From positions 63,860,001-63,924,000 of the forward strand of contig OZ024742.1 in the NCBI GenBank assembly GCA_964016885.1: a stretch of 64,000 nucleotides of DNA, in the 5' to 3' direction. Below the pieces are notes generated by a model. That model was not told where the DNA came from, ran no database searches, and worked only from the letters and a program-made list of their open reading frames with translations. A program made the position numbers and the translations under genes. This document shows positions 1-14,827 of this stretch, one piece after another (positions within the stretch are counted from its first letter, which is position 1; the number at the start of each line of letters is the position of its first letter). Source of the stretch: Eledone cirrhosa (taxonomy: Eukaryota).

Positions 1-3000
1 GCAGATCTACACCAATGTAGACAACTGAACAACTACTGCAGATCTACACCAATCTAGAGAACTGCACAACTATTGCACATATACGCCAACTAGACAACTG
101 AAAAACTATTGCAGATCTACACCAATGTAGACAACTGCAAAACTACTGCAGATCTACACCAATCTAGACAACTGCAAAACTACTGCAGATCTACACCAAT
201 CTAGACAACTGCACAACTACTGCAGATCTACACCAATCTAGACACCTGCACAACTATTGCTGATCTACGCCAATCTAGACAGTTGCACAATTATTGAAGA
301 TCTACACCAATCTAGACAACTGCACAACTATTGCAGATCTACACCAATGTAGACAACTGCACAACTACTGCAGATCTACACCAATGTAGACAACTGCACA
401 ACTACTGCAGATCTACAACAATCTAGACAACTGCACAACTACTGCAGCTATACACCAATATAGACAACTGCACAACTACTGCAGATCTACACCAATCTAG
501 ACAACTGAACAACTATTGCAGATCTACACCAATCTATACAGTTGCACAACTATTGCAGATCTACACCAATCTAGACAACTGCACAACTACGGCAGATCTA
601 CACCAATCTAGACAACTGCACAACTATTGCAGATCTACACCAATCTAGACAACTGCACAACTATTGCAGATCTACACCAATCTAGACCACTGCACAACTA
701 CTGCAGATCTACACCAATCTAGACAACTGCACAACTATTGCATGCTACGCCAATCTAGACAACTGAAAAACTACTGCAGATCTACATCAATCTAGACAAC
801 TGCTCAACTACTGCAGATCTACACCAATGTAGACAACTGCACCACTATTGCAGATCTACGCCAATCTAGACAACTGCACAACTATTGCAGATCTACACCA
901 ATGTAGACAACTGCACAACTACTGCAGATCTACACCAATCTAGACAACTGCACAACTATTGCAGATCTACGCCAATTAGACAACTAAAAAACTATTGCAG
1001 ATCTACACCAATGTAGACAACTGCACAACTACTGCAGATCTACACCAATCTAGACAACTGCACAACTATTGCTGATCTACGCCAATCTAGACAGTTGCAC
1101 AACTACTGCAGATCTACACCAATCTAGACAACTGCAAAACTATTGCAGATCTACACCAATGTAGACAACTGCACAACTACTGCAGATCTACACCAATCTA
1201 GACAACTGCACAACTACTGCAGATCTACACCAATCTAGACACCTGCACAACTATTGCTGATCTACGCCAATCTAGACAGTTGCACAATTATTGAAGATCT
1301 ACACCAATCTAGACAACTGCACAACTATTGCAGATCTACACCAATGTAGACAACTGCACAACTACTGCAGATCTACACCAATGTAGACAACTGCACAACT
1401 ACTGCAGCTATACACCAATATAGACAACTGCACAACTACTGCAGATCTACACCAATCTAGACAACTGAACAACTATTACAGATCTACACCAATCTATACA
1501 GTTGCACAACTATTGCAGATCTACACCAATCTAGACAACTGCACAACTACTGCAGATCTACACCAATCTAGACAACTGCTCAACTACTGCAGATCTACAC
1601 CAATGTAGACAACTGCACAACTATTGCAGATCTACACCAATGTAGACAACTGAACAACTACTGCAGATCTACACCAATCTAGAGAACTGCACAACTATTG
1701 CACATATACGCCAACTAGACAACTGAAAAACTATTGCAGATCTACACCAATGTAGACAACTGCAAAACTACTGCAGATCTACACCAATCTAGACAACTGC
1801 AAAACTACTGCAGATCTACACCAATCTAGACAACTGCACAACTACTGCAGATCTACACCAATCTAGACACCTGCACAACTATTGCTGATCTACGCCAATC
1901 TAGACAGTTGCACAATTATTGAAGATCTACACCAATCTAGACAACTGCACAACTATTGCAGATCTACACCAATGTAGACAACTGCACAACTACTGCAGAT
2001 CTACACCAATGTAGACAACTGCACAACTACTGCAGATCTACAACAATCTAGACAACTGCACAACTACTGCAGCTATACACCAATATAGACAACTGCACAA
2101 CTACTGCAGATCTACACCAATCTAGACAACTGAACAACTATTGCAGATCTACACCAATCTATACAGTTGCACAACTATTGCAGATCTACACCAATCTAGA
2201 CAACTGCACAACTACGGCAGATCTACACCAATCTAGACAACTGCACAACTATTGCAGATCTACACCAATCTAGACCACTGCACAACTACTGCAGATCTAC
2301 ACCAATCTAGACAACTGCACAACTATTGCATGCTACGCCAATCTAGACAACTGAAAAACTACTGCAGATCTACATCAATCTAGACAACTGCTCAACTACT
2401 GCAGATCTACACCAATGTAGACAACTGCACAACTATTGCAGATCTACGCCAATCTAGACAACTGCACAACTATTGCAGATCTACACCAATGTAGACAACT
2501 GCACAACTACTGCAGATCTACACCAATCTAGACAACTGCACAACTATTGCAGATCTACGCCAATTAGACAACTGAAAAACTATTGCAGATCTACACCAAT
2601 GTAGACAACTGCACAACTACTGCAGATCTACACCAATCTAGACAACTGCACAACTATTGCTGATCTACGCCAATCTAGACAGTTGCACAACTACTGCAGA
2701 TCTACACCAATCTAGACAACTGCAAAACTATTGCAGATCTACACCAATGTAGACAACTGCACAACTACTGCAGATCTACACCAATCTAGACAACTGCACA
2801 ACTACTGCAGATCTACACCAATCTAGACACCTGCACAACTATTGCTGATCTACGCCAATCTAGACAGTTGCACAATTATTGAAGATCTACACCAATCTAG
2901 ACAACTGCACAACTATTGCAGATCTACACCAATGTAGACAACTGCACAACTACTGCAGATCTACACCAATGTAGACAACTGCACAACTACTGCAGCTATA

Positions 3001-6000
3001 CACCAATATAGACAACTGCACAACTACTGCAGATCTACACCAATCTAGACAACTGAACAACTATTACAGATCTACACCAATCTATACAGTTGCACAACTA
3101 TTGCAGATCTACACCAATCTAGACAACTGCACAACTACGGCAGATCTACACCAATCTAGACAACTGCACAACTATTGCAGATCTACGCCAATCTAGACAA
3201 CTGCACAACTATTGCAGATCTACACCAATCTAGACAACTGCAGAATTACTGCAGATCTACACCAATCTAGACAACTGCACAACTACTGCATATCTACACC
3301 AATCCAAACAACTGCACAACTATTGCAGATCTACACCAATCTAGACAACTGCACAACTATTGCAGATCTACGCCAATCTAGACAACTGCACAACTATTGC
3401 AGATCTACACCAATCTAGACAACTGAAAAACTATTGCAGATCTACACCAATCTAGACAACTGCACAACTATTGCAGATCTACGCCAATCTAGACAACTGC
3501 ACAACTATTGCAGATCTACGCCAATCTAGACAACTGCACAACTATTGCAGATCTACACCAATCTAGACAATTGCACATCTATTGCAGATCTACGCCAATC
3601 TAGACAACTGCACAAGTATTGCAGATCTACACCAATCTAGACAACTGCACAAATATTGCAGATCTACACCAATCTAGACAACTGCACAAGTATTGCAGAT
3701 CTACACCAATCTAGACAACTGCACAACTATTGCAGATCTACACCAATCTAGACAACTGCACAAGTATTGCAGATCTACACCAATCTAGACAACTGCAAAA
3801 CTATTGCAGATTTACACCAATCTAGACAGTTGCACAAGTATTGCAGATCTACACCAATCTAGACAACTGCCCAACTATTGCAGATCTACGCCAATCTAGA
3901 CAACTGCACAACTATTGCAGATCCACACCAATCTAGACAACTGCACAACTATTGCAGATCTACACCAATCTAGATCACTGCACAACTACTGCAGATCTAC
4001 ACCAATCTAGACAACTGCACAACTATTGCATGCTACGCCAATCTAGACAACTGAAAAACTACTGCAGATCTACACCAATCTAGACAATTGCACAACTATT
4101 GCAGATCTACGCCAATCTAGACAACTGCACAAGTATTGCAGATCTACACCAATCTCGACAACTGCACAACTATTGCAGATCTACACCAATCTAGACAACT
4201 GCACAAGTATTGCAGATCTACACTAATCTAGACAACTGCACAACTATTGCAGATCTACACAAATCTAGACAACTGCACAAGTATTGCAGATCTACACCAA
4301 TCTCGACAACTGCACAACTATTGCAGATCTACACCAATCTAGACAACTGCACAAGTATTGCAGATCTACACTAATCTAGACAACTGCACAACTATTGCAG
4401 ATCTACACAAATCTAGACAACTGCACAAGTATTGCAGATCTACACCAATCTAGACAACTGCACAACTATTGCATATTTACACCAATCTAGACAGTTGCAC
4501 AAGTATTGCAGATCTACACCAATCTAGACAAAAGCACAACTATTGCAGATCTACGCCAATCTAGACAACTGCACAACTATTGCAGATCTACACCAATCTA
4601 GACAACTGCACAACTATTGCAGCTCTACACCAATCTAGACCACTGCACAACTACTGCAGATCTACACCAATCTAGACAACTGCACAACTATTACATGCTA
4701 CGCCAATCTACACAACTGAAAAACTACTGCAGATCTACACCAATCTAGACAACTGCACAACTATTGCAGATCTAAACCAATGTAGACAACTGCACAACTA
4801 TTGCAGATCTACGCCAATCTAGACAACTGCACAACTATTGCAGATCTACACCAATGTAGACAACTGCACAACTACTGCAGATCTACGCCAACTAGACAAC
4901 TGAAAACTATTGCAGATCTACACCAATGTAGACAACTGCACAACTACTGCAGATCTACACCAATCTAGACAACTGCACAACTATTGCTGATCTACGCCAA
5001 TCTAGACAGTTGCACAACTACTGCAGATCTACATCAATCTAGACAACTGCACAACTATTGCAGATCTACACCAATGTAGACAACTGCACAACTACTGCAG
5101 ATCTACAACAATCTAGACAACTGCACAACTAATGCAGCTATACACCAATATAGACAACTGCACAACTACTGCAGATCTACACCAATCTAGACAACTGAAC
5201 AACTATTGCAGATCTACACCAATCTATACAGTTGCACAACTATTGCAGATCTACAACAATCTAGACAACTGCACAACTACGGCAGATCTACACCAATCTA
5301 GACAACTGCACAACTATTGCAGATCTACGCCAATCTAGACAACTGCACAATTATTGCAGATCTACACCAATCTAGACAACTGCACAACTACTGCAGATCT
5401 ACACCAATCTAGACAACTGCGCAACTACTGCAGATCTACACCAATCTAGACAACTGCACGACTACTGCAGATCTACACAAATCTAGACAACTGCACAACT
5501 ATTGCAGATCTACACCAATCTAGACCACTGCACAACTATTGCACATATACGCCAACTAGACAACTGAAAAACTATTGCAGATCTACACCAATGTAGACAA
5601 CTGCAAAACTACTGCAGATCTACACCAATCTAGACAACTGCAAAACTACTGCAGATCTACACCAATCTAGACAACTGCACAACTACTGCAGATCTACACC
5701 AATCTAGACACCTGCACAACTATTGCTGATCTACGCCAATCTAGACAGTTGCACAATTATTGAAGATCTACACCAATCTAGACAACTGCACAACTATTGC
5801 AGATCTACACCAATGTAGACAACTGCACAACTACTGCAGATCTACACCAATGTAGACAACTGCACAACTACTGCAGATCTACAACAATCTAGACAACTGC
5901 ACAACTACTGCAGCTATACACCAATATAGACAACTGCACAACTACTGCAGATCTACACCAATCTAGACAACTGAACAACTATTGCAGATCTACACCAATC

Positions 6001-9000
6001 TATACAGTTGCACAACTATTGCAGATCTACACCAATCTAGACAACTGCACAACTACGGCAGATCTACACCAATCTAGACAACTGCACAACTATTGCAGAT
6101 CTACACCAATCTAGACCACTGCACAACTACTGCAGATCTACACCAATCTAGACAACTGCACAACTATTGCATGCTACGCCAATCTAGACAACTGAAAAAC
6201 TACTGCAGATCTACATCAATCTAGACAACTGCTCAACTACTGCAGATCTACACCAATGTAGACAACTGCACAACTATTGCAGATCTACGCCAATCTAGAC
6301 AACTGCACAACTATTGCAGATCTACACCAATGTAGACAACTGCACAACTACTGCAGATCTACACCAATCTAGACAACTGCACAACTATTGCAGATCTACG
6401 CCAATTAGACAACTGAAAAACTATTGCAGATCTACACCAATGTAGACAACTGCACAACTACTGCAGATCTACACCAATCTAGACAACTGCACAACTATTG
6501 CTGATCTACGCCAATCTAGACAGTTGCACAACTACTGCAGATCTACACCAATCTAGACAACTGCAAAACTATTGCAGATCTACACCAATGTAGACAACTG
6601 CACAACTACTGCAGATCTACACCAATCTAGACAACTGCACAACTACTGCAGATCTACACCAATCTAGACACCTGCACAACTATTGCTGATCTACGCCAAT
6701 CTAGACAGTTGCACAATTATTGAAGATCTACACCAATCTAGACAACTGCACAACTATTGCAGATCTACACCAATGTAGACAACTGCACAACTACTGCAGA
6801 TCTACACCAATGTAGACAACTGCACAACTACTGCAGCTATACACCAATATAGACAACTGCACAACTACTGCAGATCTACACCAATCTAGACAACTGAACA
6901 ACTATTACAGATCTACACCAATCTATACAGTTGCACAACTATTGCAGATCTACACCAATCTAGACAACTGCACAACTACGGCAGATCTACACCAATCTAG
7001 ACAACTGCACAACTATTGCAGATCTACGCCAATCTAGACAACTGCACAACTATTGCAGATCTACACCAATCTAGACAACTGCAGAATTACTGCAGATCCA
7101 CACCAATCTAGACAACTGCACAACTACTGCATATCTACACCAATCCAAACAACTGCACAACTATTGCAGATCTACACCAATCTAGACAACTGCACAACTA
7201 TTGCAGATCTACGCCAATCTAGACAACTGCACAACTATTGCAGATCTACACCAATCTAGACAACTGAAAAACTATTGCAGATCTACACCAATCTAGACAA
7301 CTGCACAACTATTGCAGATCTACGCCAATCTAGACAACTGCACAACTATTGCAGATCTACGCCAATCTAGACAACTGCACAACTATTGCAGATCTACACC
7401 AATCTAGACAATTGCACATCTATTGCAGATCTACGCCAATCTAGACAACTGCACAAGTATTGCAGATCTACACCAATCTAGACAACTGCACAAATATTGC
7501 AGATCTACACCAATCTAGACAACTGCACAAGTATTGCAGATCTACACCAATCTAGACAACTGCACAACTATTGCAGATCTACACCAATCTAGACAACTGC
7601 ACAAGTATTGCAGATCTACACCAATCTAGACAACTGCAAAACTATTGCAGATTTACACCAATCTAGACAGTTGCACAAGTATTGCAGATCTACACCAATC
7701 TAGACAACTGCCCAACTATTGCAGATCTACGCCAATCTCGACAACTGCACAACTATTGCAGATCCACACCAATCTAGACAACTGCACAACTATTGCAGAT
7801 CTACACCAATCTAGATCACTGCACAACTACTGCAGATCTACACCAATCTAGACAACTGCACAACTATTGCATGCTACGCCAATCTAGACAACTGAAAAAC
7901 TACTGCAGATCTACACCAATCTAGACAATTGCACAACTATTGCAGATCTACGCCAATCTAGACAACTGCACAAGTATTGCAGATCTACACCAATCTCGAC
8001 AACTGCACAACTATTGCAGATCTACACCAATCTAGACAACTGCACAAGTATTGCAGATCTACACTAATCTAGACAACTGCACAACTATTGCAGATCTACA
8101 CAAATCTAGACAACTGCACAAGTATTGCAGATCTACACCAATCTCGACAACTGCACAACTATTGCAGATCTACACCAATCTAGACAACTGCACAAGTATT
8201 GCAGATCTACACTAATCTAGACAACTGCACAACTATTGCAGATCTACACAAATCTAGACAACTGCACAAGTATTGCAGATCTACACCAATCTAGACAACT
8301 GCACAACTATTGCATATTTACACCAATCTAGACAGTTGCACAAGTATTGCAGATCTACACCAATCTAGACAAAAGCACAACTATTGCAGATCTACGCCAA
8401 TCTAGACAACTGCACAACTATTGCAGATCTACACCAATCTAGACAACTGCACAACTATTGCAGCTCTACACCAATCTAGACCACTGCACAACTACTGCAG
8501 ATCTACACCAATCTAGACAACTGCACAACTATTACATGCTACGCCAATCTACACAACTGAAAAACTACTGCAGATCTACACCAATCTAGACAACTGCACA
8601 ACTATTGCAGATCTACACCAATGTAGACAACTGCACAACTATTGCAGATCTACGCCAATCTAGACAACTGCACAACTATTGCAGATCTACACCAATGTAG
8701 ACAACTGCACAACTACTGCAGATCTACGCCAACTAGACAACTGAAAACTATTGCAGATCTACACCAATGTAGACAACTGCACAACTACTGCAGATCTACA
8801 CCAATCTAGACAACTGCACAACTATTGCTGATCTACGCCAATCTAGACAGTTGCACAACTACTGCAGATCTACATCAATCTAGACAACTGCACAACTATT
8901 GCAGATCTACACCAATGTAGACAACTGCACAACTACTGCAGATCTACAACAATCTAGACAACTGCACAACTAATGCAGCTATACACCAATATAGACAACT

Positions 9001-12000
9001 GCACAACTACTGCAGATCTACACCAATCTAGACAACTGAACAACTATTGCAGATCTACACCAATCTATACAGTTGCACAACTATTGCAGATCTACAACAA
9101 TCTAGACAACTGCACAACTACGGCAGATCTACACCAATCTAGACAACTGCACAACTATTGCAGATCTACGCCAATCTAGACAACTGCACAATTATTGCAG
9201 ATCTACACCAATCTAGACAACTGCACAACTACTGCAGATCTACACCAATCTAGACAACTGCGCAACTACTGCAGATCTACACCAATCTAGACAACTGCAC
9301 GACTACTGCAGATCTACACAAATCTAGACAACTGCACAACTATTGCAGATCTACGCCAATCTAGACAACTGCACAACTACTGCAGATCTACACCAATCTA
9401 AACAACTGCACAACTATTGCAGATCTACGCCAATCTAGACAACTGCACAACTATTGCAGATCTACACCAATCTAGACAACTGAAAAGCTATTGCAGATCT
9501 ACACCAATCTAGACAACTGCACAACTATTGCAGATCTACGCCAATCTAGACAACTGCACAAGTATTGCAGATCTACGCCAATCTAGACAACTGCACAACT
9601 ATTGCAGATCTACACCAATCTAGACAACTGAAAAACTATTGCAGATCTACACCTATCTAGACAACTGCACAACTATTGCAGATCTACGCCAATCTAGACA
9701 ACTGCACAACTATTGCAGATCTACGCCAATCTAGACAACTGCACAACTATTGCAGATCTACACCAATCTAGACAACTGAAAAACTATTGCAGATTTACAC
9801 CAATCTAGACAACTGCACAACTATTGCAGATCTACGCCAATCTAGACAACTGCACAACTATTGCAGATCTAGGCCAATCTAGACAACTGCACAACTATTG
9901 CAGATCTACACCAATCTAGGCAACTGAAAAACTATTGAAGATCTACAGCAATCTAGACAACTGCACAACTATTGCAGATCTACGCCAATCTAGACAACTG
10001 CACAACTATTGCAGATCTACACCAATCTAGACAACTGAAAAACTATTGCAGATCTACACCAATCTAGACAACTGCACAACTATTGCAGATCTACGCCAAT
10101 CTAGACAGTTGCACAACTATTGCAGATCTACACCAATCTAGACAGTTGCACAAGTACTGCAGATCTACACCAATCTAGACAACTGCACAACTATTGCAGA
10201 TCTACACCAATCTAGACAACTGCACAACTATTGCAGATCTACACCAATCTAGACAGTTGCACAAGTACTGCAGATCTACACCAATCTAGACAGTTGCACA
10301 AATACTGTAGCTCCACACCAATCTAGACAGTTGCACAAGTACTGCAGATCTCCACGAATCTAGACAGTTGCACAAGTACTGCAGATCTACACCAATCTAG
10401 ACAACTGCACAATTATTGCAGATCTACACCAATCTAGACAACTGCACAAGTATTGCAGATCTACACCAATCTAGACAACTGCACAACTATTGCAGATCTA
10501 CGCCAATCTAGACAATTGCACAAGTATTGCAGATCTGTACCAATCTACACAATTGCACAACTATTGCAGATCTACGCCAATCTAGACAACTGCACAAGTA
10601 TTGCAGATCTACACCAATCTAGACAACTGCACAACTATTGCAGATCTACACCAATCTAGACAACTGCACAAGTATTGCAGATCTACACCAATCTAGACAA
10701 CTGCACAACTATTTCAGATCTACACCTATCTAGACAGTTGCACAAGTACTGCAGATCTACACTAATCTAGACAGCTGCACAACTACTGCAGATCTACGCC
10801 AATCTAGACAACTGCACAACTATTGCAGATCTACACCAATCTAGACAACTCCACAACTATTGCAGATCTACACCAATCTAGACAACTGCACAACTTCTGC
10901 AGATCTACACCAATCTAGACAACTGCACAACTATTGCAGATCTACGCCAATCTAGACAACTGAAAAACTACTGCAGATCTACACCAATCTAGACAACTGC
11001 ACAATTACTGCAGATCTACACCAATCTAGACAACTGCACAACTATTGCAGATCTACGCCAACTAGACAACTGAAAAACTATTGCAGATCTACACCAATGT
11101 AGACAACTGCACAACTACTACAGAGCTACACCAATCTAGACAACTGCACAACTATTGCTGATCTACGCCAATCTAGACAGTTGCACAACTACTGCAGATC
11201 TACACCAATCTAGGCAACTGCACAACTATTGCAGATCTACACCAATGTAGACAACTGCACAACTACTGCAGATCTACACCAATCAAGACAACTGCACAAC
11301 TACTGCAGATCTACACCAATCAAGACAACTGCACAACTACTGCAGATCTACACCAATCTAGACAACTGCACAACTATTGCAGATCTACGCCAATCTAGAC
11401 AGTTGCACAAGTACTGCAGATCTACACCAATCTAGACAACTGCACAACTACTGCAGATCTACACCAATCTAGACAACTGCACAACTATTGCAGATCTACG
11501 CCAATATAGACAGTTGCACAACTATTGCAGATCTACACCAATCTAGACAGTTGCACAAGTACTGCAGATCTACACCAATCTAGACAACTGCACAACTATT
11601 GCAGATCTACACCAATCTAGACAACTGCACAACTATTGCAGATCTACACCAATCTAGACAGTAGCACAAGTACTGCAGATCTACACTAATCTAGACAACT
11701 GCACAACTACTGCAGATCTACGCCAATCTAGACAGTTGCACAACTACTGCAGATCTACACCAATCTAGACAGTTGCACAACTACTGCAGATCTACACCAA
11801 TCTAGACAACTGCACAAGTACTGCAGATCTACACCAATCTAGACAACTGCACAAGTAATGCAGATCTACACCAATCTAGACAGTTGCACAAGTACTGCAG
11901 ATCTACACCAATCTAGACAACTGCACAAGTACTGCAGATCTACACCAATCTAGACAGTTGTACAACTACTGCAGATCTACACCAATCTAAACAACTGCAC

Positions 12001-12095
12001 AACTTCTGCAGATCTACACCAATCTAGACAACTGCACAAGTACTGCAGATCTACACCAATCTAGACAGTTGCACAAGTACTGTAGCTCTACAACA
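1..12095. repeat. 37-bp tandem satellite (consensus GCAGATCTACACCAATCTAGACAACTGCACAACTATT), ~325 units, runs off the window start
   Basis: Unit repeats head-to-tail with point variants and 1-bp deletions and no spacers. The 68-aa ORFs here are translations of the repeat (3 units = 37 codons). Confidence 0.98.
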
Positions 12096-12359
12096 ACAAA
12101 TATTTTAAAGTTAATTATTTATATGCCAAACTGTGTGAAATGGTCCGCTGTTTTACGGTACAAAACTGTATATTAATAATGGAGAAGTTAGTTATATTAC
12201 TAAATCCTATTAAAATATTAATTATTTTCAAAATTAATTAATATTCATAATCAGCGTCTTTCATTAGAAATATAGTAACGAAAGTGTAAATGTAGCCCTA
12301 ACCAAATCCGCTCTTTCTTTCCTTATCAATAACCCCAGAGGTACACATTTAGACACACT

Positions 12360-12530
<171 letters not shown>

Positions 12531-12716
12531 AGCGAGTTAACAGAGGAGCCTCTATGTGGTCAGGTGACCTGCAAATTCTCCCTCAACTCACACGGTAATG
12601 GCAGGACATGTGAGATAATGAACATCTTAGATACACTATGTTTGAAATATGATATGGAATGGTCATGGCTAGAATGGTTTTAATCATACGCCTGCAAGTC
12701 TCACTAATAGATAAAC

Positions 12717-12908
12717 ACTACTACTACTACTACTACTACCACTACCACCACCACCACTACCACCACCACCACCTTTACCGCCACAAGCACCACCACTAAC
12801 ATCATCACTAACAACATCATTACTAGCACCATCATCACAATCACTACCACCGCCGCAACCATCGACACCACCAGCACCAGCGCCGCCGTCGCTACCACCA
12901 CCACCATC

Positions 12909-12940
<32 letters not shown>
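12717..12940. repeat. Compound trinucleotide low-complexity tract (CTA/CCA/CAA)
   Basis: Direct sequence; the Gly/Val-rich ORFs are artefacts. Confidence 0.9.
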
Positions 12941-13044
12941 AAGCGATATCTCTCTTCATTACGTCAACAAGATGGAGAGCAACCTTTTACAAACCCCAGA
13001 GAAAAGAAAGAAGAAAGGATATATGTATGTTGAGGTTGGTGTGG

Positions 13045-13046
<2 letters not shown>

Positions 13047-13077
<31 letters not shown>

Positions 13078-13253
13078 TGTATGTATGTATGTATGTATGT
13101 ATGCATGTATGCATGTATGTGTGTGTGTATGTATTTATGTATTTAAGTATGTATGTATGTAGATATGTATGTACGTATATATATGCTATGTATTTATGTA
13201 TGTATGTACGTATGTATGTATTACGTATGTATGTATGTACGTATGTATGTATG
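13047..13253. repeat. (TATG)n microsatellite
   Basis: Direct sequence. Confidence 0.95.
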
Positions 13254-13453
13254 CGATAATTACTTAATATTTTCTCAACTCTGCTACAATTTTCGCTCGA
13301 GAAAAACCAGGTTAACTATGAACTTTTACAGACAAGAAAGATAAACACACCATTACGATCAACAAAAATAAATAAATAAATAGATAAATAAAGAAATGAA
13401 AATAAATAAAAAAATAAAAAAATAAAATAAATAAATATATATATATATATATA

Positions 13454-13625
13454 CAGTGAAATTACAACGAAATTCACAGGGTATAAAAAATTCGTTGTAA
13501 CGAAAAAATCTTTATAACGAGATCGACCTAATACATCGAGCGTGTGTCCGGCCAGGGATTGAAAAAAATACCGTTATAGTGAAGAATTCGTTAAAATGTT
13601 ATTCGTTATAACGGAATTTTACCTG
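13454..13625. mobile_element. Tc1/mariner-pogo (Tigger-like) MITE remnant
   Basis: ta|CAGTGAAAT...TTTTACCTG|ta ends with repeated internal (C)GTTATAACG motifs and TA flanks. Confidence 0.5.
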
Positions 13626-13689
13626 TACTTGTTGGAATTCGTCATTTTTGATAACGTTATGTCCCAATTGTTTGGATAACGGAAAAACC

Positions 13690-13830
13690 AGCTAGTGGAA
13701 TTAACGTACAAGGGCATCAGAATTCCACAGACATATGTACCCTTAATGTAGTTTTCAGGGAGATTCGGTGTCACACAGTGTGTGACAACGCTGGCCCTTT
13801 GAATCTCAGTTACGTCTTATTCTGACCAGA
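13690..13830 (-). mobile_element. SINE 3' fragment, same family as 55984-56445
   Basis: Reverse complement matches the aatctccctgagaactacgttaagg-ataca block at ~56331-56360. Confidence 0.6.
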
Positions 13831-14231
13831 ATAGTGATTAAGGATTTCCTTTCACAGCAACATAGTCCTGGGTGACATGGATTGTCACGTTCTGAGGCTA
13901 TTTCGGTCAGGTGATCGGGTCTTGCTAATATGTTTCCGATTGGTTTCTACGGACGGATGTCGTTCGTAATGTCAACTAAGTTACAGCGTGTATTAGAATC
14001 ATTTTATCGTAGTACCAGCACTGTCACTCTACAGAGTTTAGTGTTACTTTTTTCGTGAAACCAACACTACCACCCTACAAGGTGGACTGAGTGGTTTTTG
14101 TTGTGCTTATGTCCTGTAATTTAGCGGTTTAACAAAAAAGAAATCGATAAAATAAGTGCTCGATATGATCGACTAAATGGCCGTGTTTTTATTACTGAAT
14201 CCAGTAAAAGAGTAAAAGAGTAAACAGAGAG

Positions 14232-14280
<49 letters not shown>

Positions 14281-14411
14281 GATAAATCTACCAAAATATA
14301 CGGTAGTGTCCAATCCGTATGAAGAACTCAATGTAATCCAAATATCATGAAAAGAGAAGATGTATTCAAAATGTTTTCGATGAAAAACATAGGAAAACAG
14401 AGTCAAGATAA

Positions 14412-14785
14412 ATTAATAAAAATAATGAATAAAAGCAAAAAAACAGTTCCTTATATTAAAAAATTCATCATTTTACGATCGTTTCTAGGATATATATGTG
14501 TGCGTTGGTATATATATCATATAGATCTATGTAAAAATTTTACAAACTATCAGAGGGAATATACATACCTACACATATATATGCTGTCTTCAGAAATAAT
14601 TATTATTTCTGAAGACAGCATATATATGTGTAGGTATGTATATTCCCTCTGATAGTTTGTAAAATTTTTACATAGATCTATATGATATATATACCAACGC
14701 ACACATATATATCCTAGAAACGATCGTAAAATGATGAATTTTTTAATATAAGGAACTGTTTCTTTGTTTTTATTCATCATTTTTA

Positions 14786-14790
<5 letters not shown>
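14412..14790. repeat. Fold-back palindrome A (189-bp arms, 1-nt centre at 14601), Penelope-like terminal-repeat derivative, with a left-side tail 14278-14411; flanked by (TA)n
   Basis: Arms are reverse complements with a few distal mismatches; mirror ORFs 14347+ and 14550- are near-identical; hammerhead motif in each arm. Confidence 0.93.
14602..14735 (+). ncRNA. Type I hammerhead ribozyme motif with ~100-nt extended stem II (mirror copy on - strand, 14467-14600)
   Basis: Stem I ATTATTT/AAATGAT; CTGAAGA at 14609; stem II ATATATATGTGT/ACACATATATAT; GAAAC-GATC-GTA with palindromic loop III; predicted cleavage after 14728. Confidence 0.7.

Positions 14791-14819
<29 letters not shown>

Positions 14820-14827
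<8 letters not shown>

Noticed and set aside
3212-11435. Repetitive 68-aa protein genes
   Set aside because: Chance stop-free stretches of the satellite; nearly all start at non-ATG codons
1-12095. CRISPR array (37-bp partly palindromic repeat)
   Set aside because: No unique spacers, no cas genes, eukaryotic context
14347-14780. Duplicated small gene pair (also 60137-61670)
   Set aside because: Mirror ORFs arise from the palindromes; no recognisable domain
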